From the NCBI GenBank assembly GCA_035263845.1, contig DATFQY010000198.1, positions 356 through 64,355 of the forward strand: a stretch of DNA of 64,000 nt, in the 5' to 3' direction. Below, in pieces: positions 16,996 to 25,077 of the stretch. The first letter of the stretch is position 1; each line of letters begins with the position of its first letter. This DNA is from Thermoanaerobaculia bacterium. GTDB taxonomy: Bacteria > Acidobacteriota > Thermoanaerobaculia > UBA5066 > Gp7-AA6. A program made the position numbers and the translations under genes. Below the pieces are notes generated by a model. That model made no database searches. It was given only the letters and a program-made list of their open reading frames with translations, and was not told the DNA's origin.

Positions 16996-19227
16996 ATGGC
17001 GGAACGAGACGCCGCCGGAGCGCGGCTCGCGAAGCTCGGCCGCTACGAGGTCCTGAGCGAGCTCGGCAAGGGCGCGATGGGCATCGTGTACCTGGCCCGC
17101 GACCCGGTCATCGGCCGGATGGTCGCGATCAAGACGATCCGCGCGTCCTCCATGGGCGACGACGACTCGGAGTCTCGCGAGTTCCGCGAGCGATTCATCC
17201 GCGAGGCCCAGACCGCCGGGATCCTGTCGCACCCCAACATCGTGACCATCCACGACATCGGGGAGGACCCGGACACGCAGATCTCCTTCATCGCCATGGA
17301 ATACATCGAGGGCAAGACCCTGAAGGGCCTCCTGATGGAGAAGGCGCCGTTTACCTCGGACCAGGTCGCGGACATGATCGCCCAGGTCGCCGAGGCGATG
17401 GACTACGCCCACCGCAAAGGGATCATCCACCGCGACATCAAGCCGGCCAACATCATCGTCACCGCCGACGAGAAGGTGAAGATCACCGACTTCGGCATCG
17501 CGAAAATCGCCTCCTCCAACCTGACGACGACCGGGCAGTTCTTAGGCACCCCCAACTACATGTCGCCGGAGCAGGTGTCGGGCTCGCCGGTGGACGGCAG
17601 GAGCGACATCTTCTCGCTGGGTGTCGTCCTCTACGAACTCCTGACTCGGCGCAAGCCGTTCTCGGGCGAGAACCTGACAGCCATCTCCTACAAGATCGTC
17701 CACGAGGACTTCACGCCGCCCGCGGACCTTTCGAGCGAGGTCCCTCCCGAGTTCAACCCGATCGTGGGCCGCGCGATGGCCAAGGACCCCTGGAACCGCT
17801 ACCAGCGGGGGAAGGATTTCGCTCTCGCCCTCCAGCAGCTCCGGGCCCACCTCGAGGAACAGAAGGCGATGGCGGACCTGGGGACCGTCATCTCCGGCGC
17901 GCCGAGCACCCCGGCGGAGCACAACGCGCCGACCGCGAAGATGGAGAACCTCGCCGCGATTGCGGCCGAGGGCGCCCGGGAGGCGGAAGCCTCAGCATCG
18001 CGGCGGCCGACCGAGGCGGCGCCGGTTCCGGGCCCTGGACCCGCGGCCGCCGAGGCAAGCGCCTCGAGGTCGAAGGCTCGCGCTCCGTCCCCGCCGCCTT
18101 CCAGTCCCGCTCCCGCTCCCACGGCAGCTCCCGCTCCCGCTTCTGCTCCGCCCAAGCCTCCGCCGCCTCCGGCTGCCCCGGCCCGCCGGACCGGCCAGCT
18201 TCCTCCCCGCCCCGACGTCGGCGGGATGCTCAAGGCCAAGCTCGCCGCCCTCAAGTCCATCGACTGGAAAAAGACCGACTGGCGCAAGGTCTCCAGGGAG
18301 CAGGTCAACCCCTACTGGTTCTGGCGCATCACGATCGGCGTGGGCGCGATCTTCCTGCTCATCGTCATCGCCCTCCTGGTGCGCAGCTCGTCCGCATCGC
18401 GTCCCTCGGTCGCCGTCAACGAGGCTCGGGTGCGGGAGGTGGCGGACACGCGCAAAGACCTGGAGGAGGGGCGCAAGCTCCTCGCCGCGGGGAAGTACCA
18501 GGAGAGCCTCGTGCTTTTCCGCAAGGTCCTGGAGAAGGACCCCAACAGCAACGCCGCGCGGCAGTACGTGCAGACCGCCGAGGCCGCGCTGGCAGGGAAG
18601 CAGGAGGAGGCCAAGAAGACCGCCGAAGTGGAGAAGATGGTCCAGGACGCCACCACGGCGTTCAACGAGGGCAACTACGAGGCCGCGAAGAAGCAGGCCG
18701 AGGACGTCCTCGCGCTCGACGCGAACCGCGCGGAGGCCCAGAAGATCCGGGACGATTCGGAGGCCAAGATCGCCGAGGCCGATGCGGCGGCCAAGAAGAA
18801 GGCGAGCAAGCAGGTTGCCGCGGCCCGGAAGCCGACCGCGGTCCCGGTCAAGGCCAAGCCGGAGGCGGCGCCCACCGCCGCTCCGGCGCCCGTCCAGGCC
18901 GCTTCCGCGATCCCGATCCTGCGGCTGCTCTTCGATTCGCCCGTCTCGGAGGGGCACCTGATGGTCGCCGTCAACGACCAGATCTTGCTTCGGAAGCCTT
19001 TCTCGTTCGTCCGCAAGGAGGGTCTCTTCAAGACCGTCAAGGAGACCGGAACCGTGGACGTCTCCATCCCGGTCCAGGCGGGAGCGCTGAACGTCAAGGT
19101 CTGGCTCTCGGGGCCCGACATCCCTGCGTCCACGTTCGCCACGACCTCGACGCAGATGCCCGCCGGCGGCTCCCGCGTCCTCCGCGTGGACTTCTCCGGC
19201 GGCCACCTCGGCGCCCGAATCCAGTAA
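16996..19227 (+). CDS. membrane Ser/Thr protein kinase with extracytoplasmic TPR/coiled-coil region
   Basis: Hanks kinase motifs are present ([36 protein letters not shown]). These are followed by a Pro/Ala-rich linker, one TM helix ([22 protein letters not shown]), a TPR-like and Lys/Ala/Glu-rich region, and a C-terminal domain of ~110 aa. Confidence 0.9.
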   Translation: MAERDAAGARLAKLGRYEVLSELGKGAMGIVYLARDPVIGRMVAIKTIRASSMGDDDSESREFRERFIREAQTAGILSHPNIVTIHDIGEDPDTQISFIAMEYIEGKTLKGLLMEKAPFTSDQVADMIAQVAEAMDYAHRKGIIHRDIKPANIIVTADEKVKITDFGIAKIASSNLTTTGQFLGTPNYMSPEQVSGSPVDGRSDIFSLGVVLYELLTRRKPFSGENLTAISYKIVHEDFTPPADLSSEVPPEFNPIVGRAMAKDPWNRYQRGKDFALALQQLRAHLEEQKAMADLGTVISGAPSTPAEHNAPTAKMENLAAIAAEGAREAEASASRRPTEAAPVPGPGPAAAEASASRSKARAPSPPPSSPAPAPTAAPAPASAPPKPPPPPAAPARRTGQLPPRPDVGGMLKAKLAALKSIDWKKTDWRKVSREQVNPYWFWRITIGVGAIFLLIVIALLVRSSSASRPSVAVNEARVREVADTRKDLEEGRKLLAAGKYQESLVLFRKVLEKDPNSNAARQYVQTAEAALAGKQEEAKKTAEVEKMVQDATTAFNEGNYEAAKKQAEDVLALDANRAEAQKIRDDSEAKIAEADAAAKKKASKQVAAARKPTAVPVKAKPEAAPTAAPAPVQAASAIPILRLLFDSPVSEGHLMVAVNDQILLRKPFSFVRKEGLFKTVKETGTVDVSIPVQAGALNVKVWLSGPDIPASTFATTSTQMPAGGSRVLRVDFSGGHLGARIQ

Positions 19228-19300
19228 TCCGTCTGCTCCTCCACGCGGCGCGAAGCGGTGCGCCAAAGCGCAGATCCCGGGGAGGCGCGGAGCGACGTTT

Positions 19301-19377
19301 TGGTCGGGGCGAGTGGATTTGAACCACCGACCACTCGGTCCCGAACCGAGTGCGCTACCAGGCTGCGCTACGCCCCG
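19301..19377 (-). tRNA. tRNA-Pro (anticodon CGG), CCA encoded
   Basis: The minus strand reads CGGGGCGTAGCGCAGCCTGGTAGCGCACTCGGTTCGGGACCGAGTGGTCGGTGGTTCAAATCCACTCGCCCCGACCA. It folds as a cloverleaf with anticodon loop TTCGGGA. Confidence 0.93.
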
Positions 19378-19433
19378 AGGAACGGCGAGTTATACGCGAT
19401 TTTCCGGGGCGATGCAAAACGTCCGACCGGAGA

Positions 19434-19461
19434 AGATCCTTCCCTGCGCTCAGGATGACAA
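19434..19461 (-). repeat. unit of short intergenic repeat family (consensus ~TTGTCATCCTGAGCGAAGCGAAGGATCT)
   Basis: The reverse complement reads TTGTCATCCTGAGCGCAGGGAAGGATCT. A CCCCTCCC tract lies ~20 nt downstream. Confidence 0.6.
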
Positions 19462-19531
19462 TGGATCCAGTTTCGGCGCGCCCCTCCCGCACCGTCGGTG
19501 GAAAAGGGGGTCGTGCTAATGTCTCGGCTCC

Positions 19532-19583
19532 GGCGGTGGAGTTCGCCACAACCGCCGCCCTGAGGGCGGCCAATGACTCCTAC
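19532..19583 (+). promoter_or_regulatory. fluoride riboswitch (crcB RNA motif)
   Basis: GGCGGUGGAGUUCGCCACAACCGCCGCCCUGAGGGCGGCCAAUGACUCCUAC aligns nearly position-for-position with the 52-nt Thermotoga petrophila fluoride aptamer (GGCGAUGGUGUUCGCCAUAAACGCUCUUCGGAGCUAAUGACACCUAC). It lies 15 nt upstream of the crcB SD. Confidence 0.9.
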
Positions 19584-19609
19584 GAAGAGCGAAAACGTAG
19601 GAGGTTCTT

Positions 19610-19990
19610 GTGGCTCGGTTGTTCTGGATCTGCGTGGGAGGCGCGGCCGGTACGGCAGCGCGGTATTTCCTCGGCGGCTGGCTCCTGGGTTTGCTCGGGA
19701 CCTCGTTTCCCTGGGGCACCCTGGCGGTCAATCTCCTCGGTTCCATCTTGGTCGGGGCGGTCATGCACGTCTCGCTCGCGACCGACCTCATCGGCCCGAC
19801 GCTGAGGCTTGCGCTGACGACGGGCTTCCTCGGCGGCTTCACGACCTACTCGGCCTTCAACTACGAGACCGTCCGCTACCTGCGTGACGGGGCCTACTAC
19901 CTTGGCGTCCTAAACTTCGGCGTGATGAGCCTGGCGTGCCTGCTGGGCGGTTTCCTGGGCGTGGCTCTGGCCCAGGCGTGGGTCCGCTGA
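19610..19990 (+). CDS. crcB: fluoride channel CrcB/Fluc
   Basis: 126 aa, 4 TM, with GTLAVNLLGS and GFLGGFTTYSAF motifs. GTG start 6 nt after AGGAGG. Confidence 0.92.
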   Translation: MARLFWICVGGAAGTAARYFLGGWLLGLLGTSFPWGTLAVNLLGSILVGAVMHVSLATDLIGPTLRLALTTGFLGGFTTYSAFNYETVRYLRDGAYYLGVLNFGVMSLACLLGGFLGVALAQAWVR

Positions 19991-20008
19991 CCCGGAAAGG
20001 AAACGACC

Positions 20009-20368
20009 ATGCGGGTTCTCGATGGGGAGCAGGTCCTCGCCCGGATCTTCGTCGGGGAATCCGACAAGTGGCACCACCAGCCGCTCACGACAGCCCTTCT
20101 CGAGCGGCTTCGCCGGGAAGGTTTCGCCGGGGCGACGGTCTTCCAGGGGATCGCCGGGTTCGGCGCGAGGAGCGTCCTGCACACGACGCACATCCTGCGG
20201 CTCTCCGAGGACCTGCCGATCGTCATCGAGGTGGTGGACACGCAGGAACGGATCGAGCGGCTTCTCGTCCTGCTCGACGAGATGGTCCCCGAGGGCCTCG
20301 TGACGCTGGAGAAGGCGCGGGTCGTCAAGTACTCGCCGGGAAACCGGCCGGTCGATTCCGGCGGTTAG
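20009..20368 (+). CDS. DUF190 domain protein (fluoride-regulon associated, PII-like fold)
   Basis: 119 aa with ARIFVGESDKWHHQPL...GATVFQGIAGFG. It sits in the usual position downstream of crcB. Confidence 0.8.
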   Translation: MRVLDGEQVLARIFVGESDKWHHQPLTTALLERLRREGFAGATVFQGIAGFGARSVLHTTHILRLSEDLPIVIEVVDTQERIERLLVLLDEMVPEGLVTLEKARVVKYSPGNRPVDSGG

Positions 20369-20541
20369 AAGCGGGCCAGCTCCCCGTCGTTGAAGAGCGA
20401 GATCCAGAAGCTCGCACCGTCGCTGCAGGCGCCGAAGGGGAAGCTCCCCGGCGGGGCGGCGACGAAGCCGCTGGGAGAGAGGTCCGCGGCATTCCAGAGG
20501 GAGAGGGTGCCCGAGCTGGAGAAGTTCCTGACGAGGATGTG
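20365..20541 (-). pseudogene. orphan fragment: last propeller blade of the SLH-like/beta-propeller family, no start codon
   Basis: The minus-strand translation HILVRNFSSSGTLSLWNAADLSPSGFVAAPPGSFPFGACSDGASFWISLFNDGELARF* aligns with the C-termini of the intact paralogs. An in-frame stop lies just upstream. It is not in the ORF track. Confidence 0.6.
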
Positions 20542-20584
20542 ACCTCTCGGGTGTTGTGATACCTTGAAACACTACTCCACCAAC

Positions 20585-22009
20585 ATGCCACTCTCCCAGA
20601 AGATCCTGATCGCGCTGGCGATTGCGGCGCTCGGCCTACTCTCGGCCGCCTCGCAGAGCGAGCTCGTCTCGTGCGGACGCAACGTGCTGTCCAACGGACA
20701 ATTCGACTCCGCAATCACCTCCTGGCCTCAGGCGGCCTTGTTCGGATTCGCGACCTGGAGCAACCAGGACTTCAGCGGATCGCCCTCCTCGGGCGCGCTC
20801 CACCTCGTCAACGACTCGGCCATCGACGGCCAGAACGTCAGCGTGGCGCAGTGCCAGTCCATCCTCGCGGGCAGCTCCTACGAGCTCGCCGCGAAGGTGT
20901 CGCCCCTGAACTACTGCTGCTCGGTCAAGGGCGGCCTGACCCAGGGGATCGACCAGGTCCTCCACACCGGATCGATTTACGTGCTGCTGAACTTCTACAC
21001 GAAGCCCTCCTGCTCCGGCACGCCGCTGGCGGACTTCGTGAGGCTGGACGCGCAGGGGCGAAACGTCTGGCAGGCGCTCTCCCAGACCTTCAAGTCGCCG
21101 GCTACCGCAGTCAGCGTCCGGGCGACGCTCGGGGTCTTCAAGGTGGAGAAGGCCGACACGCTGGAGGCCCTTTTCGACGACGTTTCGCTGGACCTGACGG
21201 GGGCCGCGACTTTGGGAGACGACAGCCTTTGCCTCTCGGACGGGCGTTTCGACGTCCAGGCCAACTGGATGACCCGCGATGGCGCGACTGGATCGGCCCA
21301 CCCGCTGCGGCTGACCTCCGACACGGGCTACTTCTGGTTCTTCGATCCGAACAATGTCGAGATGATCGTGAAGGTCCTGAACGGCTGCCCGCTGAACTCC
21401 CGGTTCTGGGCCTTCGCCGGCGGGTTGACCGACGTCCAGGTCCAGATGAGCGTGACCGACACGGCTACGGGCGCGGTGCGGAACTATTCGAACCCGCAGG
21501 GCACCGCTTTCGTCCCGATCCAGGATGCCGCGGCGTTCCAGGGGTGCACGGCGGTGAGCGGGGGCGGCGAACAGTCGGCGGCGCCGGCGGGCAAACCGGC
21601 GGCGATCGAGAAAACGGAGCGTCCGGCGGCGACGTTCCGGCCAGCGGAGCGGCTTTCTCCCTGCGTGCCTTTCGGCGGGACGTTATGCCTGAACAAGAGC
21701 CGCTTCGCGGTGACGACGCACTGGACGACGGCACAGGGGCAATCGGGCGATGGGGTCGCGGTGCAGCTGACGCCGGATACCGGCTACTTCTGGTTCTTCA
21801 GCCAGAACAACGTGGAGATGGTCGTCAAGGTGCTCGACGGGTGCGGGGTGACCGGGGATTTCTGGGTGTTCGCGGGCGGATTGACGAACGTCCAGGTCGA
21901 GATGACGGTCACCGACACGCAGACCGGGGCGGTGAAGACCTACGTGAATCCCCAGGGGACGGCGTTGCTGCCGATCCAGGACACGCTCGCGTTTCCCGGG
22001 TGTAACTGA
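20585..22009 (+). CDS. secreted protein: jelly-roll/CBM-like N-domain + two tandem copies of an unnamed Cys-bounded C-terminal domain
   Basis: ATG 20585 gives the signal peptide MPLSQKILIALAIAALGLLSAASQ. The N-domain has the NGQFDS...W pattern of CBM4/9-like modules. The C-terminal domains fall at nt 21230-21547 and 21686-22003. Confidence 0.75.
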   Translation: MPLSQKILIALAIAALGLLSAASQSELVSCGRNVLSNGQFDSAITSWPQAALFGFATWSNQDFSGSPSSGALHLVNDSAIDGQNVSVAQCQSILAGSSYELAAKVSPLNYCCSVKGGLTQGIDQVLHTGSIYVLLNFYTKPSCSGTPLADFVRLDAQGRNVWQALSQTFKSPATAVSVRATLGVFKVEKADTLEALFDDVSLDLTGAATLGDDSLCLSDGRFDVQANWMTRDGATGSAHPLRLTSDTGYFWFFDPNNVEMIVKVLNGCPLNSRFWAFAGGLTDVQVQMSVTDTATGAVRNYSNPQGTAFVPIQDAAAFQGCTAVSGGGEQSAAPAGKPAAIEKTERPAATFRPAERLSPCVPFGGTLCLNKSRFAVTTHWTTAQGQSGDGVAVQLTPDTGYFWFFSQNNVEMVVKVLDGCGVTGDFWVFAGGLTNVQVEMTVTDTQTGAVKTYVNPQGTALLPIQDTLAFPGCN

Positions 22010-22033
22010 CAGCGGCAGAGCGCCAGCTCCGCC

Positions 22034-22070
22034 GCTGTCATCCTGAGGAAAGCAAGCGAGCGAAGGATCT
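22034..22070 (+). repeat. unit of short intergenic repeat family
   Basis: CTGTCATCCTGAGGAAAGCAAGCGAGCGAAGGATCTT. It overlaps the 3' arm of a 9-bp-stem hairpin (GACAGCGGC 22007-22015 / GCCGCTGTC 22030-22038) that starts at the upstream stop codon. Confidence 0.55.
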
Positions 22071-22118
22071 TTTCGGTTAACGCCGCGTTATCGCTTCTCC
22101 GATAGGGCCACCACCGGG

Positions 22119-22138
22119 CGGGAGGGGCAAGCCCCTCC
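22119..22138. repeat. GC-rich palindrome GGGAGGGGCAAGCCCCTCCC (accompanies the repeat family)
   Basis: 8-9 bp perfect stem. Related GGGAGGG...CCCTCCC tracts flank the repeat units at 25078 and 25238. It lies between convergent genes. Confidence 0.5.
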
Positions 22139-22169
22139 CCTACGGCACGAAACCGAGCAGCTCGAACGT

Positions 22170-22757
22170 TTAGTGCGTCGTAGCGCGGCGCGTGACTCCC
22201 ACCTCGTAGAGGTCCGAGCCCTTCTGGACGAGGCTCGCGAGAACCTCAGCGTAGAAGTGGCACATCGGGTGAAGCGTCTCGATCTTTCCGCCGCTCAAGG
22301 CGTCGCAGTGGGCCTTGCAGTCCTTGCCGACGAACCAGCGGTCGAAGTCGAGATCCAGGAGAGGCTTGACCCACGGATACGTTTCCTCGGTGCACTCGAC
22401 GACGCTGGCGCCGCGGACGGACCCCTTCGGGTCGACGCCGACGGCGACCTCGACCGGACCATGGATCGTGAAATCCGTGACGAAGATGACGGCGCCGAGG
22501 AGCTTGCCGTCCTCCGACCGGCCCAGGTAGAAGCGGTAGAAGTCCTCGTTGGGCGTCCAGTTCCATTCCTTCGCGATGGTTTTCTTCTCCGCCGGGGTCA
22601 GGCGCACCTCCAGGACGGAGAACTTCTTCGCCCCGGAGAGAAGGCGCGTGACGGCGTCCCGCTCAGAGAGCAGGATCACGGGCGGGGTGATGTGCGCCAG
22701 GAGCATGGCCGGGATGGCGAGGCCGGCGGCCAGCAGGGCGGTTCGGAAGCGGTTCAT
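22170..22757 (-). CDS. periplasmic FMN_bind-like domain protein (degenerate flavinylation motif), Cys/His-rich C-terminus
   Basis: 195 aa. SD AAGGAGAGG, and the ATG overlaps the upstream stop (ATGA). Signal peptide present. HGPVEVAVGVDPKGSVRGASVVECTEE and DALSGGKI resemble the FMN_bind core and its SGAT site with Thr replaced. Also CKAHC and HPMCH. Confidence 0.55.
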   Translation of the reverse strand: MNRFRTALLAAGLAIPAMLLAHITPPVILLSERDAVTRLLSGAKKFSVLEVRLTPAEKKTIAKEWNWTPNEDFYRFYLGRSEDGKLLGAVIFVTDFTIHGPVEVAVGVDPKGSVRGASVVECTEETYPWVKPLLDLDFDRWFVGKDCKAHCDALSGGKIETLHPMCHFYAEVLASLVQKGSDLYEVGVTRRATTH

Positions 22758-23302
22758 GGAATCCTCTCCTTTCGGAACCACAGTTCGTAGAGCGAGATTC
22801 CGGCGATCAGGCAGTAACCGAGGGCGAAGAGCGAGCCTCCCGCGACGACGAGGAAGGCGAGCGAGGCGGACGCGAAGCGGGTCAGCCACATCCCCCCGAT
22901 GTCCACGAAGGTCCCCACGAACGGAAGGGCGAGGATCAAGGATTTTCGCCCTTCCGGAAGGGCCGAGAACAGAAACACGAGGCCCAGCAGTCCCGAGATC
23001 AGCGTCTGGCCGAAGAGGTGCGTGTGGCTCGTCTGGATCAGCAGCGGTGTGCGGATCCAGACCTTCGCCGCATTGCTGATCTCGCCGATGTCGATCTCCC
23101 GCTCGGCGGACATCTCGCCGTGCCCCATGTGCGTCATCGGCATCTCCGGAGCGAGGCTCGAGCGCACCGCGGCGGGCGAGACGCCCACGGCCGTCGCCGC
23201 CTGGGTCGCGGCGGCGATCGCCCCGAGGCCGATTCCCGCGATGTAGAGGGTGCAGTAGACCTTGGCGCTGACCGGCAAACGCGAAAGCGTCCATCCAAAC
23301 AC
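22754..23302 (-). CDS. 4-TM membrane protein with Met/His-rich loop (PEMPMTHMGHGEM, TSHTH)
   Basis: GTG 23302 lies 6 nt after AGGAGGA, giving 182 aa. It is in frame with the tail of shadow-extended ORF 22754..24940. Four hydrophobic segments. Confidence 0.65.
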   Translation of the reverse strand: MFGWTLSRLPVSAKVYCTLYIAGIGLGAIAAATQAATAVGVSPAAVRSSLAPEMPMTHMGHGEMSAEREIDIGEISNAAKVWIRTPLLIQTSHTHLFGQTLISGLLGLVFLFSALPEGRKSLILALPFVGTFVDIGGMWLTRFASASLAFLVVAGGSLFALGYCLIAGISLYELWFRKERIP

Positions 23303-23313
23303 GGCGTGTCCTC

Positions 23314-24666
23314 CTAGAAGTTGACGACCGCCTGCAACTGGAACCTCTGGCTGTTTTTGCTGGCGGAAAGGATATCGGTGCCGGGCTCGGCGTCCGAGAA
23401 CGCCGTCCGGTTGGAGAAGTCCATTCGGTACTCGAGCTTGAGATCCACCCAGTCGATCGGGTGGCGGGTCCGCGGGAACGTAGTCCCGGTTTTTCCGAGA
23501 TCTCGGATCAGCCGCGAGAGGTGAAAGACCGGCGCGATCGTGACGGACTGGATGGTCTGACGAACGCCTGTGCGGGCGCCGTCGTTGTCCTTGAGGTACC
23601 CGTACCGAAGCGACGCGCCGAAGGCGTCCACGAAGTCGTAGTGGGTGAGAAACGAGAACCCGGACCAGTGGACCGTCTGTCCGTCCACCGCCGGGTCCTC
23701 GATCGGGATTCCGCGCTTGCGGAAAGAGAGGTTCTCCTCCCGCCCCCACACCGCCTCCGCCGCCAGGAGCAAGCGTGGCAGCGGCGTCCACGTCGCGTCG
23801 AGGTCCAGCACGCTTCGAACGTCGTCGTTGTTGTCGTCCTGCTCGGGCCCCGTGAATCCGCCGATTCCGAAGGTCAGCAGCCCGTCGCGGGAGATGGGTG
23901 TGATCCCGATCCGGCCACCGACGCTCTTGGCGTGGTTGTTGTCGTTGAAGTCGTCGTCGGTTACCTCCGCCTCCCAGCGGTTGACGACCCAGCCGCTGAC
24001 GTCGAGCCACGGGGTGAACGCGTAGCTCGCCTGCAACCCGGTCATCTTGTTGGGACGGGCGAAGGTGAAGACCTCCGACGTCGTCGCGGTCAGGAGAAGC
24101 GGCTCGTCGTGGCGCTCGATGCCGAAGGGGACGTCGAAACGCCCGATCGAGAGCGCCAAGCCGGTCCCGAGCGGGACGACGCCCGTGATGTTGAACTTGT
24201 CGAGGTTGACGTGGGTCTCGGGCTCCTCGGCGCCGAACCTCTCGATGCACTGGCCCGTGCCCGGACAGCCGAAGCCGGGATCGAACCCGTGCGTGTGGCG
24301 GTCGCGGTGACTCTCGACCTCCATGGCGGCGCCCGCCGAGAGCCAGGGCGAGAAGACCTTCGAAATGGCGAGGCCGAACTTGTCGAAGCGAAAGTTGGTC
24401 GCGCCAGGGTCGGACAAGGCAGCGCCGCCCCCGGCGAACTCGGGGACCAACTGGATGCGCGAGTTGTAATTGAACGATCCGACGACGAAGCCGGTGACCC
24501 GCGCGCCGAAGAGCGTCGGGTGCGGAAGTCCGACCGCCTCGAGCGGCGTCTCCTGCTCGGGGGGCAGCGGCTTTTCTTCCTGTGTGGCCTGGGCGGCCGC
24601 GGCCGCGGGCTGCAGCGCACAGCCGGCGGCGACGGCCAGACAATGAATCCCGCGAAGAAATCTCAC
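23314..24666 (-). CDS. outer-membrane beta-barrel (porin-like) protein
   Basis: GTG 24666 follows GGAGAGGAGGAA. Signal peptide VRFLRGIHCLAVAAGCALQPAAAAAQA. Alternating beta-strand pattern and a C-terminal ...QLQAVVNF. An internal HRDRHTHGFDPGFGCPGTGQC loop is present. Confidence 0.7.
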   Translation of the reverse strand: MRFLRGIHCLAVAAGCALQPAAAAAQATQEEKPLPPEQETPLEAVGLPHPTLFGARVTGFVVGSFNYNSRIQLVPEFAGGGAALSDPGATNFRFDKFGLAISKVFSPWLSAGAAMEVESHRDRHTHGFDPGFGCPGTGQCIERFGAEEPETHVNLDKFNITGVVPLGTGLALSIGRFDVPFGIERHDEPLLLTATTSEVFTFARPNKMTGLQASYAFTPWLDVSGWVVNRWEAEVTDDDFNDNNHAKSVGGRIGITPISRDGLLTFGIGGFTGPEQDDNNDDVRSVLDLDATWTPLPRLLLAAEAVWGREENLSFRKRGIPIEDPAVDGQTVHWSGFSFLTHYDFVDAFGASLRYGYLKDNDGARTGVRQTIQSVTIAPVFHLSRLIRDLGKTGTTFPRTRHPIDWVDLKLEYRMDFSNRTAFSDAEPGTDILSASKNSQRFQLQAVVNF

Positions 24667-24728
24667 GGTTTCCTCCTCTCCATGCTTTTTCTCGGGAATG
24701 GCGCGCGCGAGAATTCGCACGCCCGCGG

Positions 24729-25046
24729 CTAACCGCGGGGAGGAGGATCGAGGATTTCCGGGGAGGGCGCGGGTTTCGCGATCGCTTCGTCGGAAACGAC
24801 GCTGTCCGATGGCGCCGGGCCCGGAAGCGCGACGGCGGCGGGTGGAGCAAGCGCAATCGAAGGCGCGAGGAACGCGTCCGCGTCCGGCTTGTTGCACTGT
24901 TCCATGGAGCAGTCGCCCGCGGGGCAGCAGGACTCTCCATCGGGGCCCATGTGGCAGACGGAAGCGGGGGCGCAGTCGGGCAGAGTCCACAGGGAGAGTG
25001 CTTGCGCCGGCAGAAGGAGGACCAGGAGAAGGACCGCCCGCCTCAT
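24729..25046 (-). CDS. small secreted Cys-rich protein (7 Cys; CAPASVCHMGPDGESCCPAGDCSMEQC)
   Basis: 105 aa with a clear signal peptide (MRRAVLLLVLLLPAQA) and GC3-rich codons. First gene of the 25046->22170 co-directional set. Confidence 0.55.
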   Translation of the reverse strand: MRRAVLLLVLLLPAQALSLWTLPDCAPASVCHMGPDGESCCPAGDCSMEQCNKPDADAFLAPSIALAPPAAVALPGPAPSDSVVSDEAIAKPAPSPEILDPPPRG

Positions 25047-25077
25047 TTTTCGGGGGATCTTATAACGGCTTCAAAAA

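Noticed and set aside
17990-18200. Repetitive GC-rich stretch (CCCGCTCCCGCT..., GCCGCCTCC...) that superficially looks like a repeat array
   Set aside because: It is the in-frame Pro/Ala-rich linker of the Ser/Thr kinase, so it is low-complexity coding sequence. It shows no spacer/repeat periodicity and is not CRISPR-like.
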